Shown here piece by piece: positions 29,396 to 39,775 of a stretch of 64,000 nucleotides of DNA. The DNA is from Clostridia bacterium (GTDB taxonomy: Bacteria; Bacillota; Clostridia; TANB77; CAG-508). The notes under the pieces are model-generated. The model had not been told where the DNA came from and did no database searches. It was given only the letters and a program-made list of their open reading frames with translations. The position numbers and the translations under genes are program-made. The stretch lies in contig JAAWGB010000001.1 in the NCBI GenBank assembly GCA_022795075.1, positions 16,383 through 80,382 of the forward strand, in the 5' to 3' direction. Positions within the stretch are counted from its first letter, which is position 1. Every line of letters starts with the position of its first letter.

Positions 29396-29559
29396 CATAA
29401 AAAAAGCAACAGAAGTGGGATTGATAAAAGAAAATGAATGGCAAGGAATTAAATTAATGGAAGACTTTATGCCAAACAAAATTAGGCAAAAACAAATATA
29501 AAAAATACAAAGGAAGGAGAGTATGGTCATTTTAAACTTTCATACCATACAAAAATAAT

Positions 29560-30519
29560 ATGAAAATTATATTTATGGGAACACCAGACTTTGCCAAAGA
29601 AAGCCTAAAGGCAATCTATGAAGCAAAATACAATATTGTAGGAGTTGTAACCAATATCGATAAACCACGAGGAAGAGGCATGAAATTGCAACCATCAGAA
29701 GTTAAACAATATGCCTTAGAAAAAGGACTAGAGGTGTATCAACCCCAAAAAATAAAAGGAAACCAAGAATTGATAGAAGAAATCAAGAAATTAAAACCAG
29801 ACGTAATTTGTGTAGTTGCTTATGGTAAATTACTACCAAAAGAAATTCTAGAAATTCCACCATATGGTTGTATCAATGTACATGCTTCTTTACTTCCTAA
29901 GTATAGAGGAGCAGCACCAATTCAATGGGCTATTTTAAATGGAGATAAAACAACAGGAGTTAGTACTATGTATATGGACGTAGGAATGGATACAGGAGAC
30001 ATTATTTTAAAAGAAGAAGTTCAAATAGAGGATGATGAAACAACAGGAGAATTATGGGATAAGTTGGCTAAAATAGGTGGAGAACTATTAGTAAAGACAC
30101 TAGAGCAATTAGAAAAAGGAATGGCACCAAGAAAAAAGCAAGGAGAAGATTTTACAGTAGCACCTATGCTTACCAAAGAAATGGCTAAGATTGATTGGGA
30201 GCAAAAAGATGCACTAGAAATAAAAAATCTAGTTAGGGGACTTAGTCCATTTATGGGAGCTTATACGTATTTGAATGGAAAGAAAATTAAATTTTGGAAA
30301 GTTGCTGTAGCAACAGCAGATGAAATAATGGCAAATGGTATGGAAATTTTTAAAAATGGAACCGTTATTGTTTCTGATCCAAAGGATGGAATTTTTATTA
30401 AAACCAAAAATGGAATTTTGAAAGTGCTAGAAATACAAGGAGAAAATGCTAGAAGAATGCCCATACAGGATTTTTTAAGAGGAAATAGGATTGATGAATT
30501 TGAAGTATTTGGATCATAA
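29560..30519 (+). CDS. fmt: Methionyl-tRNA formyltransferase
   Basis: MKIIFMGTPDFA and HASLLPKYRGAAPI. Confidence 0.9.
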   Translation: MKIIFMGTPDFAKESLKAIYEAKYNIVGVVTNIDKPRGRGMKLQPSEVKQYALEKGLEVYQPQKIKGNQELIEEIKKLKPDVICVVAYGKLLPKEILEIPPYGCINVHASLLPKYRGAAPIQWAILNGDKTTGVSTMYMDVGMDTGDIILKEEVQIEDDETTGELWDKLAKIGGELLVKTLEQLEKGMAPRKKQGEDFTVAPMLTKEMAKIDWEQKDALEIKNLVRGLSPFMGAYTYLNGKKIKFWKVAVATADEIMANGMEIFKNGTVIVSDPKDGIFIKTKNGILKVLEIQGENARRMPIQDFLRGNRIDEFEVFGS

Positions 30520-30621
30520 AATTTTTTTTGGTAAAAATAGTTGTAAAAATGGCTAAAGATTGATATACTTAAATACGAAAATTAAGTATATCAATTTTTG
30601 ATATACAAAGGAGGAATAAAA

Positions 30622-31068
30622 ATGAGTGAAGAAAATCAAAATCAAGGTGAAATAGTAGAATTAGAAGAAGAAATAAAAACAGAAAATGAAGGAATACAAA
30701 TATCCAATGATGTAGTAGCAGTTATTGCTGGAGTAGCAGTATCAGAAGTAGCAGGTGTAGCAGGAATGGCAGGAGGATTTGCAGGAGGTATTACAGAAGT
30801 TTTAAGTGGAAAGAAAAACTTAGCAAAAGGAATTAAAGTAGAAGTAGATGGAACCCAAGCTAAAATTGATGTAAACATTATAGTAGAATATGGTTCAAGA
30901 ATACCAGATGTAGCTTTTGAAATTCAAAATCGTGTAAAAAAGGCAGTAGAAAGTATGACAGGACTAAAAGTAGAAGAAGTTAATGTACATGTACAAGGCG
31001 TTAACACCGATCATGCCAAAGAAGAAAAAGAAGAAGAAACGACAGAACAAAATGAAAGTGAAGAATAG
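30622..31068 (+). CDS. Asp23/Gls24 family envelope stress response protein
   Basis: Asp23 domain. ATG at 30622 follows the RBS aaaggagg. Confidence 0.75.
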   Translation: MSEENQNQGEIVELEEEIKTENEGIQISNDVVAVIAGVAVSEVAGVAGMAGGFAGGITEVLSGKKNLAKGIKVEVDGTQAKIDVNIIVEYGSRIPDVAFEIQNRVKKAVESMTGLKVEEVNVHVQGVNTDHAKEEKEEETTEQNESEE

Positions 31069-31141
31069 AAAGATAAAACAATCAATGTAATTTAGTTTGA
31101 CAGTATGGGGAAAAGTGTAAAATATAGTAGGAGGAAATGAA

Positions 31142-31696
31142 ATGAAAATTTTAGAAAAAATCACACTAATTATTTATTCTAATATCATGTTAATCTTATC
31201 AGTTGTTCTATGTTTATTAGTATTTGGTTGGTTAGATATAGGACTAGTAGGAAACATTGTAACCAAAATAATAGTTGGAGAAACATCTGGAAAAATACTA
31301 TTAGGAGTAAGTGTTGCATTTATTTTATTATCCATAAAATGTATCTTTTTTGATACTACATCAAGAGAACAAATAAAAGAAAGACAAGGCGTTCTTTTAG
31401 AAAACGAAAGCGGAAAATTGATGATATCAAAAGAAACCATAGAAAATTTAGTCAATTCAGTTGCATTAAATTTCCAAAGTGCAGAAGATGTGATAACAAA
31501 AGTAGAATTAGATAAAGAAAATAATGTAAAAGTATTTGTCAACCTAATTGTAAATGAAGAAGCCATTATTAAAGACTTATCGGCTAACCTTCAAGCAAAA
31601 ATAAAAGAAAAGATAAAAACAGCAACAGATTTAGAAGTAAAAGAAGTTAATATTACAGTAAAAAAAGTAGCACCAACTGAAAAAGAAACCGAATAA
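31142..31696 (+). CDS. Alkaline shock response membrane anchor protein (AmaP-like)
   Basis: N-terminal TM hairpin followed by an Asp23-like fold, next to asp23. Confidence 0.5.
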   Translation: MKILEKITLIIYSNIMLILSVVLCLLVFGWLDIGLVGNIVTKIIVGETSGKILLGVSVAFILLSIKCIFFDTTSREQIKERQGVLLENESGKLMISKETIENLVNSVALNFQSAEDVITKVELDKENNVKVFVNLIVNEEAIIKDLSANLQAKIKEKIKTATDLEVKEVNITVKKVAPTEKETE

Positions 31697-31815
31697 AATA
31701 ATTAGCAAAATAACGCTAATCCTGTAAACGAAAACGAGTTTTCATTTACAAGTAAAACCTTTTAATTTTTAATATAAAAGAACTTAAAAAACGAAAAAAG
31801 GAAAGTGATTAAAAA

Positions 31816-32016
31816 ATGAATTTAAAAGAATTTTGGAACCAATACAAAGGAGCAATAATAGGAATTGTAGTAGCAATATTAATTTTAATAACAAGATTAC
31901 ATGACTTAATTTTGGCTATTGTAGTAATTGTATTAGGAGCTTTAGTTGGAAATTATGTACAACAAAACAAAGAAGATGTAAAAACAAAATTAAAGGCATT
32001 TATTGATAAAATGTAA
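31816..32016 (+). CDS. DUF2273 small membrane protein
   Basis: 66 aa with two TM segments. Usual partner of the asp23/amaP operon. Confidence 0.6.
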   Translation: MNLKEFWNQYKGAIIGIVVAILILITRLHDLILAIVVIVLGALVGNYVQQNKEDVKTKLKAFIDKM

Positions 32017-32084
32017 GAATATTATTGCAAATTAATATAGAAAACTTTATCAATCATGATAATTGTTTAAAGAAAGGGAAAAAT

Positions 32085-32489
32085 ATGAATAGAACTGCTA
32101 TCAGAGAACAAGCCTTTAAATTAATCTATAGTTTAGAAATACAAAAACAAGATAACAAAGAAGAAGCAATCGATTTATATATGGAAAGTAATGAAATTAC
32201 CGATATCAATGTAAAAGAATATATGACAGATGCCATATTAGGAATTGAAAAAAACGAAAAAGAAATTACTAAGCAAATTGAAACAAATCTAAAATCAGAT
32301 TGGAAACTCGAAAGAATATCTAAAATAGATTTGGCTATTTTAAAACTTGCTATTTATGAAATAAACTATACCCAAATTCCCTATAAAGTAGTCATCAATG
32401 AGGCAGTAGAATTAGCCAAAAAATATGGAGAAGATGCGTCTAAAAACTTTGTAAATGGAATATTAGCAAGTGTTGTAAAAGAGAAATAG
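32085..32489 (+). CDS. nusB: Transcription antitermination factor NusB
   Basis: MNRTAIREQAFKLIY start. The ATG at 32085 follows the RBS agggaaaaat. Confidence 0.85.
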   Translation: MNRTAIREQAFKLIYSLEIQKQDNKEEAIDLYMESNEITDINVKEYMTDAILGIEKNEKEITKQIETNLKSDWKLERISKIDLAILKLAIYEINYTQIPYKVVINEAVELAKKYGEDASKNFVNGILASVVKEK

Positions 32490-32499
32490 AGGAGAAAAT

Positions 32500-33693
32500 A
32501 TGAAATATGCACAAATGGCAATTACCGTTTCTGAATTAAATCAATATATAAAGAACAAAATAGCACAAGACGAATATTTAAATAATGTTTTAATAAAAGG
32601 AGAAATTTCAAATTTTAAAAATCATTATACAGGTCATATGTATTTTACTTTAAAAGATGAAAACTCACTTATTAAATGTATTATGTTTAAGTCTTATGCC
32701 CAAAAATTAAACTTCATGCCAAAAGATGGAATGAAGGTATTTCTTTTTGGTGGGATATCTGTTTTTGAAAGAGATGGTGTTTACCAAGTTTATGTAAAAG
32801 CAATGGAAGAAGATGGAGTAGGCGATTTATATGCTAAATATCAAGAATTAAAAAACACATTAGAAAAACAAGGGTTATTTGACGAAGAACATAAACTACC
32901 AATACCAATGATGCCAAAAGTAATTGGTGTTTTAACTTCTCAAACAGGTTCTGTTATTCGTGATATTATAAATGTGTCAACAAGGAGAAATCCAAATGTT
33001 GTTCTTCGCTTGTTACCAGTTCCTGTACAAGGAGAAGGAGCAGCTCAAAAAATTGCAGAAGGAATTCAATTTATGAACCGAAATAAATTAGCAGATGTGC
33101 TAATTTTAGCAAGAGGAGGAGGCTCTTTAGAAGATTTGTGGCCTTTTAATGAAGAAGTGGTGGCCAATAGCATTTATCACTCAGAAATTCCAATTATATC
33201 AGCAGTTGGTCATGAAACAGATTTTACCATAGCAGATTTTGTAGCAGATTTACGAGCACCTACACCATCAGCAGCTGCTGAATTGGCAGTACCCAATATT
33301 TATGAGGTAAAACAAAAAATAGTAGCCTATGAAAATCGATTGCGTCAATCTCTTATTAAAAAAGTTCAAGTGATGAAATTAAGATATGAAAAAAGTATGT
33401 CAAGTTTTGTATTTAAAGAACCTACACGCAGAATACAAGAAAATTATATTAGAATTGATAACTTTGTCAAGCAATTGGAAAATTTGATGAAAACGAAACA
33501 AGAAAAGGAAAAAAATAGATATGGCAAATTAGTAGCTAAATTAGATGCTTATAGCCCTTTGAAAACTTTGGCAAGAGGCTATACAATCACCCAAAAAGAA
33601 GGAAAAATTATTACTAAAAAAGCAGAACTAAATACAGGAGATTTGATAGATATTAGATTTGAAGATGGGCAAGCAAAAGCAAAAGTACAGTAA
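32500..33693 (+). CDS. xseA: Exodeoxyribonuclease VII large subunit
   Basis: OB-fold N-terminus followed by an ExoVII_L catalytic domain (ARGGGS, GHETD). Confidence 0.9.
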   Translation: MKYAQMAITVSELNQYIKNKIAQDEYLNNVLIKGEISNFKNHYTGHMYFTLKDENSLIKCIMFKSYAQKLNFMPKDGMKVFLFGGISVFERDGVYQVYVKAMEEDGVGDLYAKYQELKNTLEKQGLFDEEHKLPIPMMPKVIGVLTSQTGSVIRDIINVSTRRNPNVVLRLLPVPVQGEGAAQKIAEGIQFMNRNKLADVLILARGGGSLEDLWPFNEEVVANSIYHSEIPIISAVGHETDFTIADFVADLRAPTPSAAAELAVPNIYEVKQKIVAYENRLRQSLIKKVQVMKLRYEKSMSSFVFKEPTRRIQENYIRIDNFVKQLENLMKTKQEKEKNRYGKLVAKLDAYSPLKTLARGYTITQKEGKIITKKAELNTGDLIDIRFEDGQAKAKVQ

Positions 33694-33731
33694 AAAGGTA
33701 AAACAATTTTTAATTTAGCAAGTTACGAAAC

Positions 33732-33925
33732 CTGTCAACCTAAAAGTTTATCTAAACAAGAAGATAGGTTCGGTCAAGATAATTTTCGAAGAACTTCTAA
33801 ATTTATTTTAGGGCACCCTTTCAAAACAAGTTTGAACATTTTCCATAAAATAAATTAAGAATTTCTACCTCAATTACTTTCTATTCACTGTCTTCTTGTT
33901 TAGAATAAACTTTTAGGTTGACAGT
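33732..33925 (+). repeat. Palindromic foldback repeat, copy 3, inserted between xseA and xseB
   Basis: ~35-bp inverted arms related to copy 2, plus the conserved core. Confidence 0.85.
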
Positions 33926-33979
33926 ATTGATAAGAGAAAGATAAATGAAATAAATGTAAATAAGAAGGAGGGAAAAATT

Positions 33980-34198
33980 TTGAGTAAAAGTTTTGAAGAA
34001 CAAATGGAGCAATTAGAAAAAATTGTAGAAGAACTAGAAAAAGGAGAACTAAATTTAGAAGAATCTGTTTCAAAATTTGAAGAAGGAATTAAAATTTCTA
34101 AACAATGTAATCAAACATTAGAAGAATCAGAGAAAAAAATAACCATTTTAGTTAACCAAGATGGAGAAATAAAGGAGGAAAACTTCGAAACAACATAA
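33980..34198 (+). CDS. xseB: Exodeoxyribonuclease VII small subunit
   Basis: TTG start with RBS aaggaggg. MSKSFEEQMEQLEKIVEELE. Confidence 0.85.
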   Translation: MSKSFEEQMEQLEKIVEELEKGELNLEESVSKFEEGIKISKQCNQTLEESEKKITILVNQDGEIKEENFETT

Positions 34199-34230
34199 AT
34201 GAAATATGAAAAAAGGAGAGAAAAGCAAAC

Positions 34231-34671
34231 ATGAATGACTTTATCACATTTATACAAAACAAATATATTTATGTACCATTCTTTTTATGGTTTGGGATAC
34301 AATTATTTAAATTATTTTATGATTTAGTTACCACCAAAAAATTTAATTTCAAAAGAATTATGGGAGCAGGAGGAATGCCAAGTTCACACTCAGCAGTAGT
34401 AGCAGGGTTAGCAACCCTAATTGGAAAATATGAAGGAGTAGGAACCCCTATTTTTGCATTAGCTTTAATTGTAGCATTTGTAGTTATGTATGATGCTTGT
34501 GGAGTAAGAAGAGCAGCAGGAAAGCAAGCAAGTTTACTAAACAAATTAATTGAAACACCAGGTCTAACAGGTGTACAAGTTTCAGAAAGATTAGTTGAAG
34601 TATTAGGACATACACCCATTCAAGTATTTGTAGGAGCATTAATAGGATTAATAGCAGGATTAACTATATAA
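34231..34671 (+). CDS. Divergent PAP2 family protein (DUF212)
   Basis: GGMPSSHSA motif in a membrane protein. Confidence 0.6.
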   Translation: MNDFITFIQNKYIYVPFFLWFGIQLFKLFYDLVTTKKFNFKRIMGAGGMPSSHSAVVAGLATLIGKYEGVGTPIFALALIVAFVVMYDACGVRRAAGKQASLLNKLIETPGLTGVQVSERLVEVLGHTPIQVFVGALIGLIAGLTI

Positions 34672-34700
34672 AATAAATGAAATAAAAAGGAGGAATTAAC

Positions 34701-36365
34701 ATGACAGATATAGAAATAGCAAGAAGTACAAAATTAGACAACATAGTAGATATAGCAAAAAAAGTAGGAATTCAAGAGGAAGATGTAGAACCATATGGAA
34801 AATACAAAGCCAAAATATCCGAAAAAGTTTACCAAAACTTACAAGACAAGAAAAACGGAAAATTAATATTAGTAACAGCAGTTAATCCAACCCCCTTAGG
34901 AGAAGGAAAAACTACCATATCCATAGCAGTAGCAGATGGCTTAAGAAACATTGGTAAAAATTCAATCCTAGCCTTAAGGGAACCATCTTTAGGACCAGTA
35001 TTTGGTATTAAAGGAGGAGCAACAGGAGGAGGAAGAGTACAAATTGCACCAATGGAAGACATTAACTTACACTTTACAGGAGATATTCATGCCATAACAG
35101 CAGCTAACAACTTATTAGCTAGCCTGATTGATAACCATATTTATTTTGGAAATGAACTAGGATTTGAAAAAATTGTATGGAAAAGATGTGTAGACTTAAA
35201 TGACAGACAATTAAGAGAAGTAGAAACTGGTTTATCAGGAGAAAAAAGAGTTGTGCCAAGACATGATAAATTTGACATAACTGTAGCTTCAGAAGTAATG
35301 GCAATCGTATGTTTAGCAACTGATTTAAAAGACTTAAAAGAAAAATTAGGAAACATATTAATTGGTTACAACAAACAAGGAGAACCAATTTATGCTAAAC
35401 AATTAAAAGCAGAAGGAGCTATGACGGTTTTATTAAAAGATGCCTTAAAACCAAACTTAGTACAAACTTTAGAACATACACCAGCTATTATTCATGGAGG
35501 ACCATTTGCCAATATTGCACATGGATGTAATAGTATTACAGCTACAAAATTGGCCTTAAAATTAGGAGATTATGTCATAACAGAAGCAGGATTTGGAGCA
35601 GACCTAGGGGCCGAAAAATTTATAGACATCAAATGTAGAAAAGCAGGAATCAAACCAGATGCAGTTGTATTAGTAGCAACCATAAAAGCTATTAAATATC
35701 ATGGAGGAGTAGAAAAAAACAAAATACAAGAAGAAAATATCGAAGGAATTGAAAAAGGAATCGATAATCTATATCGCCATATTGATAACCTAAAAAACAA
35801 ATTTGGATTAAATGTTATAGTAGCCTTAAACAGATATGTACAAGATACCGAAAAAGAAATCCAATACTTACAAGAAAAACTGGCTAAAAAAGGTGTCGAA
35901 TTAAGTTTAGTAGAAGGTTGGGCAAAAGGTGGAGAAGGAGCAAAAGATATTGCCGAAAAATTAGTCCAACTAACACAAAAAGAAGAAAAAGACTTTTCTT
36001 ATATGTATGAATTAGAAGATTCTATCCAAACCAAAATTGAAAAAATTGCAACTAAAATCTATGGAGCAAAAGGAGTAGAATTTTCAGAAGAAGCACTTAC
36101 AGAAATTAAAAAAATAGAAGAATTAGGATATGGGAAATTTCCAGTATGTATAGCCAAAACACAATATTCATTTTCAGATGATGCTAAAAACTTAGAATGT
36201 AAAGGAGATTATAATATCACTATAAGAGACATTCAGTTAAAAACAGGAGCAGGATTTGTAGTAGCATTAGCTGGAAAAATTATGACTATGCCAGGACTTC
36301 CAAAAGTACCATCAGCAGAAAGCATCGACATAGATGAAAACGGAGAAATTGTAGGAATCTTTTAA
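34701..36365 (+). CDS. fhs: Formate--tetrahydrofolate ligase
   Basis: Full-length 554 aa with PLGEGKTT and the conserved C-terminus. Confidence 0.9.
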   Translation: MTDIEIARSTKLDNIVDIAKKVGIQEEDVEPYGKYKAKISEKVYQNLQDKKNGKLILVTAVNPTPLGEGKTTISIAVADGLRNIGKNSILALREPSLGPVFGIKGGATGGGRVQIAPMEDINLHFTGDIHAITAANNLLASLIDNHIYFGNELGFEKIVWKRCVDLNDRQLREVETGLSGEKRVVPRHDKFDITVASEVMAIVCLATDLKDLKEKLGNILIGYNKQGEPIYAKQLKAEGAMTVLLKDALKPNLVQTLEHTPAIIHGGPFANIAHGCNSITATKLALKLGDYVITEAGFGADLGAEKFIDIKCRKAGIKPDAVVLVATIKAIKYHGGVEKNKIQEENIEGIEKGIDNLYRHIDNLKNKFGLNVIVALNRYVQDTEKEIQYLQEKLAKKGVELSLVEGWAKGGEGAKDIAEKLVQLTQKEEKDFSYMYELEDSIQTKIEKIATKIYGAKGVEFSEEALTEIKKIEELGYGKFPVCIAKTQYSFSDDAKNLECKGDYNITIRDIQLKTGAGFVVALAGKIMTMPGLPKVPSAESIDIDENGEIVGIF

Positions 36366-36474
36366 AATGCTATCAAAAAAAGAGTTGCTAAAAAATTCGC
36401 CCATTTGGCAATTTCTAGCAACTCTTGCTAGCTTAAACAGTTAATAAAATAAATGTAAAAACAGAGGAAAAGAA

Positions 36475-37680
36475 ATGGGAGAAAAATTTGAAAAACTAAA
36501 AGAAGAAAATAAAATATTAGTGATGTTAGCCTTTTTTAGCATATCAATAGGATTATGGACAAATTTTAAACAATTATGGTTACAAGATAATAGCTTAAAT
36601 GTAACAAGAGTAAGCCAGATTTTAAGTATATCTGGTTTGTTTTGCGTAATAGCTTTAATTATATTTTCAAAAAAACTTACTTTAAAAAATATTAAAAAAG
36701 TTATAACGATATCTATACTTTTAAAAACAATCAATCTAATTTTGCTAGCAACTTTAAATCATACAGGGTATAAAATGATTATTGAAATAGTAACAATATT
36801 AGATGCAGTTTTAGAAAATTTAATTATTATTAGCATTTATCCACTTATTGTAACAATTAAAAAGGAAAATACACTGTATAGTAAAAGAAAATTAGTAGAA
36901 TATTTATTTAAAGATATAGGAATTTTAGTAGGTGGTATATTCATTGGAAAAACAATAGCAGGATTTACAATAAATTATAATGTATGTTTGTTGATTTCAA
37001 TTTTATTTTTAATTCTATCTTTTGTTACAATATTAAATATAAAAACAAAAGTAGAAGAAGAAAAAAATAGCAATCTGAAAGAACCTTTAAGTTATATGAT
37101 AAAGGACAAAATACAAAGAAATTATTTGGGGTATGTGTTGATTTCTGAAACTGCTATGAATACGGGATTAGGCCTAAAAATGTTGATGCTTACTAATCAA
37201 CTTAGTTTTTCAGATGGAAATGCAACCAATTATTTGTTACTAATTGGTTTAATAGCAGATGTAGTTGGAATTTTAGCTTTAAAATATTTTACACCTAAGA
37301 ATTCTTACGTAACTGTAACGATAAAATTTGGTATTAGATTTTGGCTATATTTCATGGCATTTTTATCTAACAGTTTAGTAAGTTGTTTCATAGCAATGAC
37401 ATGGTCTATCTTAATTTCAACTGCTTATGAAAATGTAGTAGATGCCCCTTATATTAATCGTATTCCAAATGAATATCAACTTGTTTTTACCAATTACCGA
37501 TATATCGTAAAAGCAATTGGAACTTCTATTGGTCTATTTTTTGCAGGAATTGTTTATCCATTTGGAATTCCTAATATGCTTGGTTTATCAGCATTTTTTA
37601 TGATTTTTCAAATGATTTATGCGTATTACTTAGTTTACTTAAGAACCACCCAAAACCTTGCTAAAAATAAAAAAATATGA
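36475..37680 (+). CDS. Polytopic membrane protein (MFS-like transporter)
   Basis: ~12 predicted TM helices. Confidence 0.45.
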   Translation: MGEKFEKLKEENKILVMLAFFSISIGLWTNFKQLWLQDNSLNVTRVSQILSISGLFCVIALIIFSKKLTLKNIKKVITISILLKTINLILLATLNHTGYKMIIEIVTILDAVLENLIIISIYPLIVTIKKENTLYSKRKLVEYLFKDIGILVGGIFIGKTIAGFTINYNVCLLISILFLILSFVTILNIKTKVEEEKNSNLKEPLSYMIKDKIQRNYLGYVLISETAMNTGLGLKMLMLTNQLSFSDGNATNYLLLIGLIADVVGILALKYFTPKNSYVTVTIKFGIRFWLYFMAFLSNSLVSCFIAMTWSILISTAYENVVDAPYINRIPNEYQLVFTNYRYIVKAIGTSIGLFFAGIVYPFGIPNMLGLSAFFMIFQMIYAYYLVYLRTTQNLAKNKKI

Positions 37681-38003
37681 TAAATTTTAATTATAATAGT
37701 TTATTAAAAATTTATGGCTAAAATAAACAAAAAATATTAATTTTTCAAAATTTATGAGATTTTGAATGCGACCAAAACAGCTCTAAAAATGATTAAAATA
37801 AAGCTATGAAGGGTCCTGTTTTCGGGTAGTAGTCATAGCTTTATTTTTAGCATTTTTTAACGTCGTGAAGGGTAGCCGAAAAATCCAATAAATTTTGAAA
37901 AATCAATATTTTTGTAAATTACCAATTTAAAATATTAAATGGTAATTTTTATTAACCAAATAGATAATAACAAAATCTACATAAACCAAAAGAGAGGAAA
38001 CCA

Positions 38004-39743
38004 ATGAAAAAGAAAAATAATAACCACCCAATATTTGCAGATGAAATAAAAAGAACCTTTCCCATTTATGCGTTAGGAATGGTTTTTCATGTTATTTGTA
38101 TTTATATACTCTATAAAATACCAAGCATTATAGGAGAAATATTAGACTTATTACTAGCAGGAAATGCCGAAAAAGAAGTCATAATGAATCAAGTATATCG
38201 ACTAATATTTTATTCTATCATCATGATTATTCCGAGAATTTTATACCGAGTACTTTATTTTAGAAGAGCTAGAATATCAGATACCTATTTAAGAAAAAAA
38301 GTAGTCGAACACTTACAATATGTCAAACCAGAATATTATGACAAAGAAGAAAAGGGAGCTTATTTAGCCTATTTATCAAACGAAATATTGATGATCCGCA
38401 AATTTTTGGGTAATGTATTTTTTTATGTAACAAGATTAATTTTAGCCCCTATTATTGGAATACTAATGATAGGAGAACATGTTAATCCTATCTTGGCATT
38501 AAGTGTTGTGCCATGTTTGCCAATTGCCATAATATGGATTATTCAACTATACAAAAAATTAAATGAAAAAATAGAAAAAGCGAGAGTTGTAAATGTAGAA
38601 TTATCAAATACCATTGAACAAAATACATCAGGATTTTCACTTATTAAATTATACAATGAACAAAAACACCAAAAAGAAAAATTTCAAGAAACGAATCAAA
38701 AAGCCTATATAGCAGACTATGAAATTGGTGTTATCAAAAATAAAATTAGTAATGTTATTAATATCTTATATGCAGCTTGTTACTGTCTAGGATTTGGAAT
38801 AGGTGTTTATTTGATACAAAAAAATACCATTACTATAGGAGATTTAACAGTTTACATTTCTTGCATAAGTGTAGCTTTATCAGAAATTACCAATTCGATT
38901 GAATCTTTACTAAATGGGATTGCTTATTTTAAACAAGCCAAAAAAAGATATAACTATTTTTTCAACCTAGATACTTACAAACAAGAAGGAAAAGAATTAC
39001 AAGAAATTGAGAAAATAGAAGTTAACCATTTAACATATTGTTATTCAGAAAATATGAAACCAGTCCTTCAAGACATTTCTATGGAGATTTTAAAAGGAGA
39101 AAAAATAGGAATTGTTGGGCAAATAGGAGCAGGAAAAACAACTTTAATGAATATTTTAGCAGGTTTTTATGAAGTACCAAATCAAACCATAAAAATAAAT
39201 GGAATAGATATACAAGAATATAGTAGAGAAAGCATTTTCAAAAAAATTGGATATGCCATGCAAAAAAGTATCATTTTGGATGAAAATATCAAAAATAACA
39301 TTGATATGAAACAAGAAAAAGAAGAAGAGACCATCAAAAATATTATTGCGAAATCAGAATTATTAGAAGATGTTGAAAAAATGGAAGAAAAATTAGAAAC
39401 CAATTTAGGAGAAAATGGTTCTAAAGTCTCAGGAGGGCAAAAACAGAGAATTCAAATTGCAAGAACGCTATTAGAAACAAGAGAAGTTAATATTTTTGAT
39501 GATAGTTTATCAGCTTTAGATAGTAAGACCGAAAAAAAGGTTTTACAAGCAATTGAGCAAGAAGTAGGAGCCAACATATTAATTGTTGTTTCTAACAAAA
39601 TTAGTATGATGAAAAACATGGATAAAATTTATGTATTGGTTGAAGGAGAAATACAAGATATGGGAACCCATGAAGAATTATTACAAAACAATTCATTATA
39701 CCAAGAATTAAGCCAATATGAAAGAGAGGGGGAAGAGTTATAA
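38004..39743 (+). CDS. ABC transporter permease/ATP-binding protein (exporter half-transporter)
   Basis: N-terminal 6-TM domain, Walker A GQIGAGKTT, signature VSGGQKQR. Confidence 0.8.
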   Translation: MKKKNNNHPIFADEIKRTFPIYALGMVFHVICIYILYKIPSIIGEILDLLLAGNAEKEVIMNQVYRLIFYSIIMIIPRILYRVLYFRRARISDTYLRKKVVEHLQYVKPEYYDKEEKGAYLAYLSNEILMIRKFLGNVFFYVTRLILAPIIGILMIGEHVNPILALSVVPCLPIAIIWIIQLYKKLNEKIEKARVVNVELSNTIEQNTSGFSLIKLYNEQKHQKEKFQETNQKAYIADYEIGVIKNKISNVINILYAACYCLGFGIGVYLIQKNTITIGDLTVYISCISVALSEITNSIESLLNGIAYFKQAKKRYNYFFNLDTYKQEGKELQEIEKIEVNHLTYCYSENMKPVLQDISMEILKGEKIGIVGQIGAGKTTLMNILAGFYEVPNQTIKINGIDIQEYSRESIFKKIGYAMQKSIILDENIKNNIDMKQEKEEETIKNIIAKSELLEDVEKMEEKLETNLGENGSKVSGGQKQRIQIARTLLETREVNIFDDSLSALDSKTEKKVLQAIEQEVGANILIVVSNKISMMKNMDKIYVLVEGEIQDMGTHEELLQNNSLYQELSQYEREGEEL

Positions 39744-39775
39744 AAGAAATTGTAAAAAAACACCTAAAAACTTTT

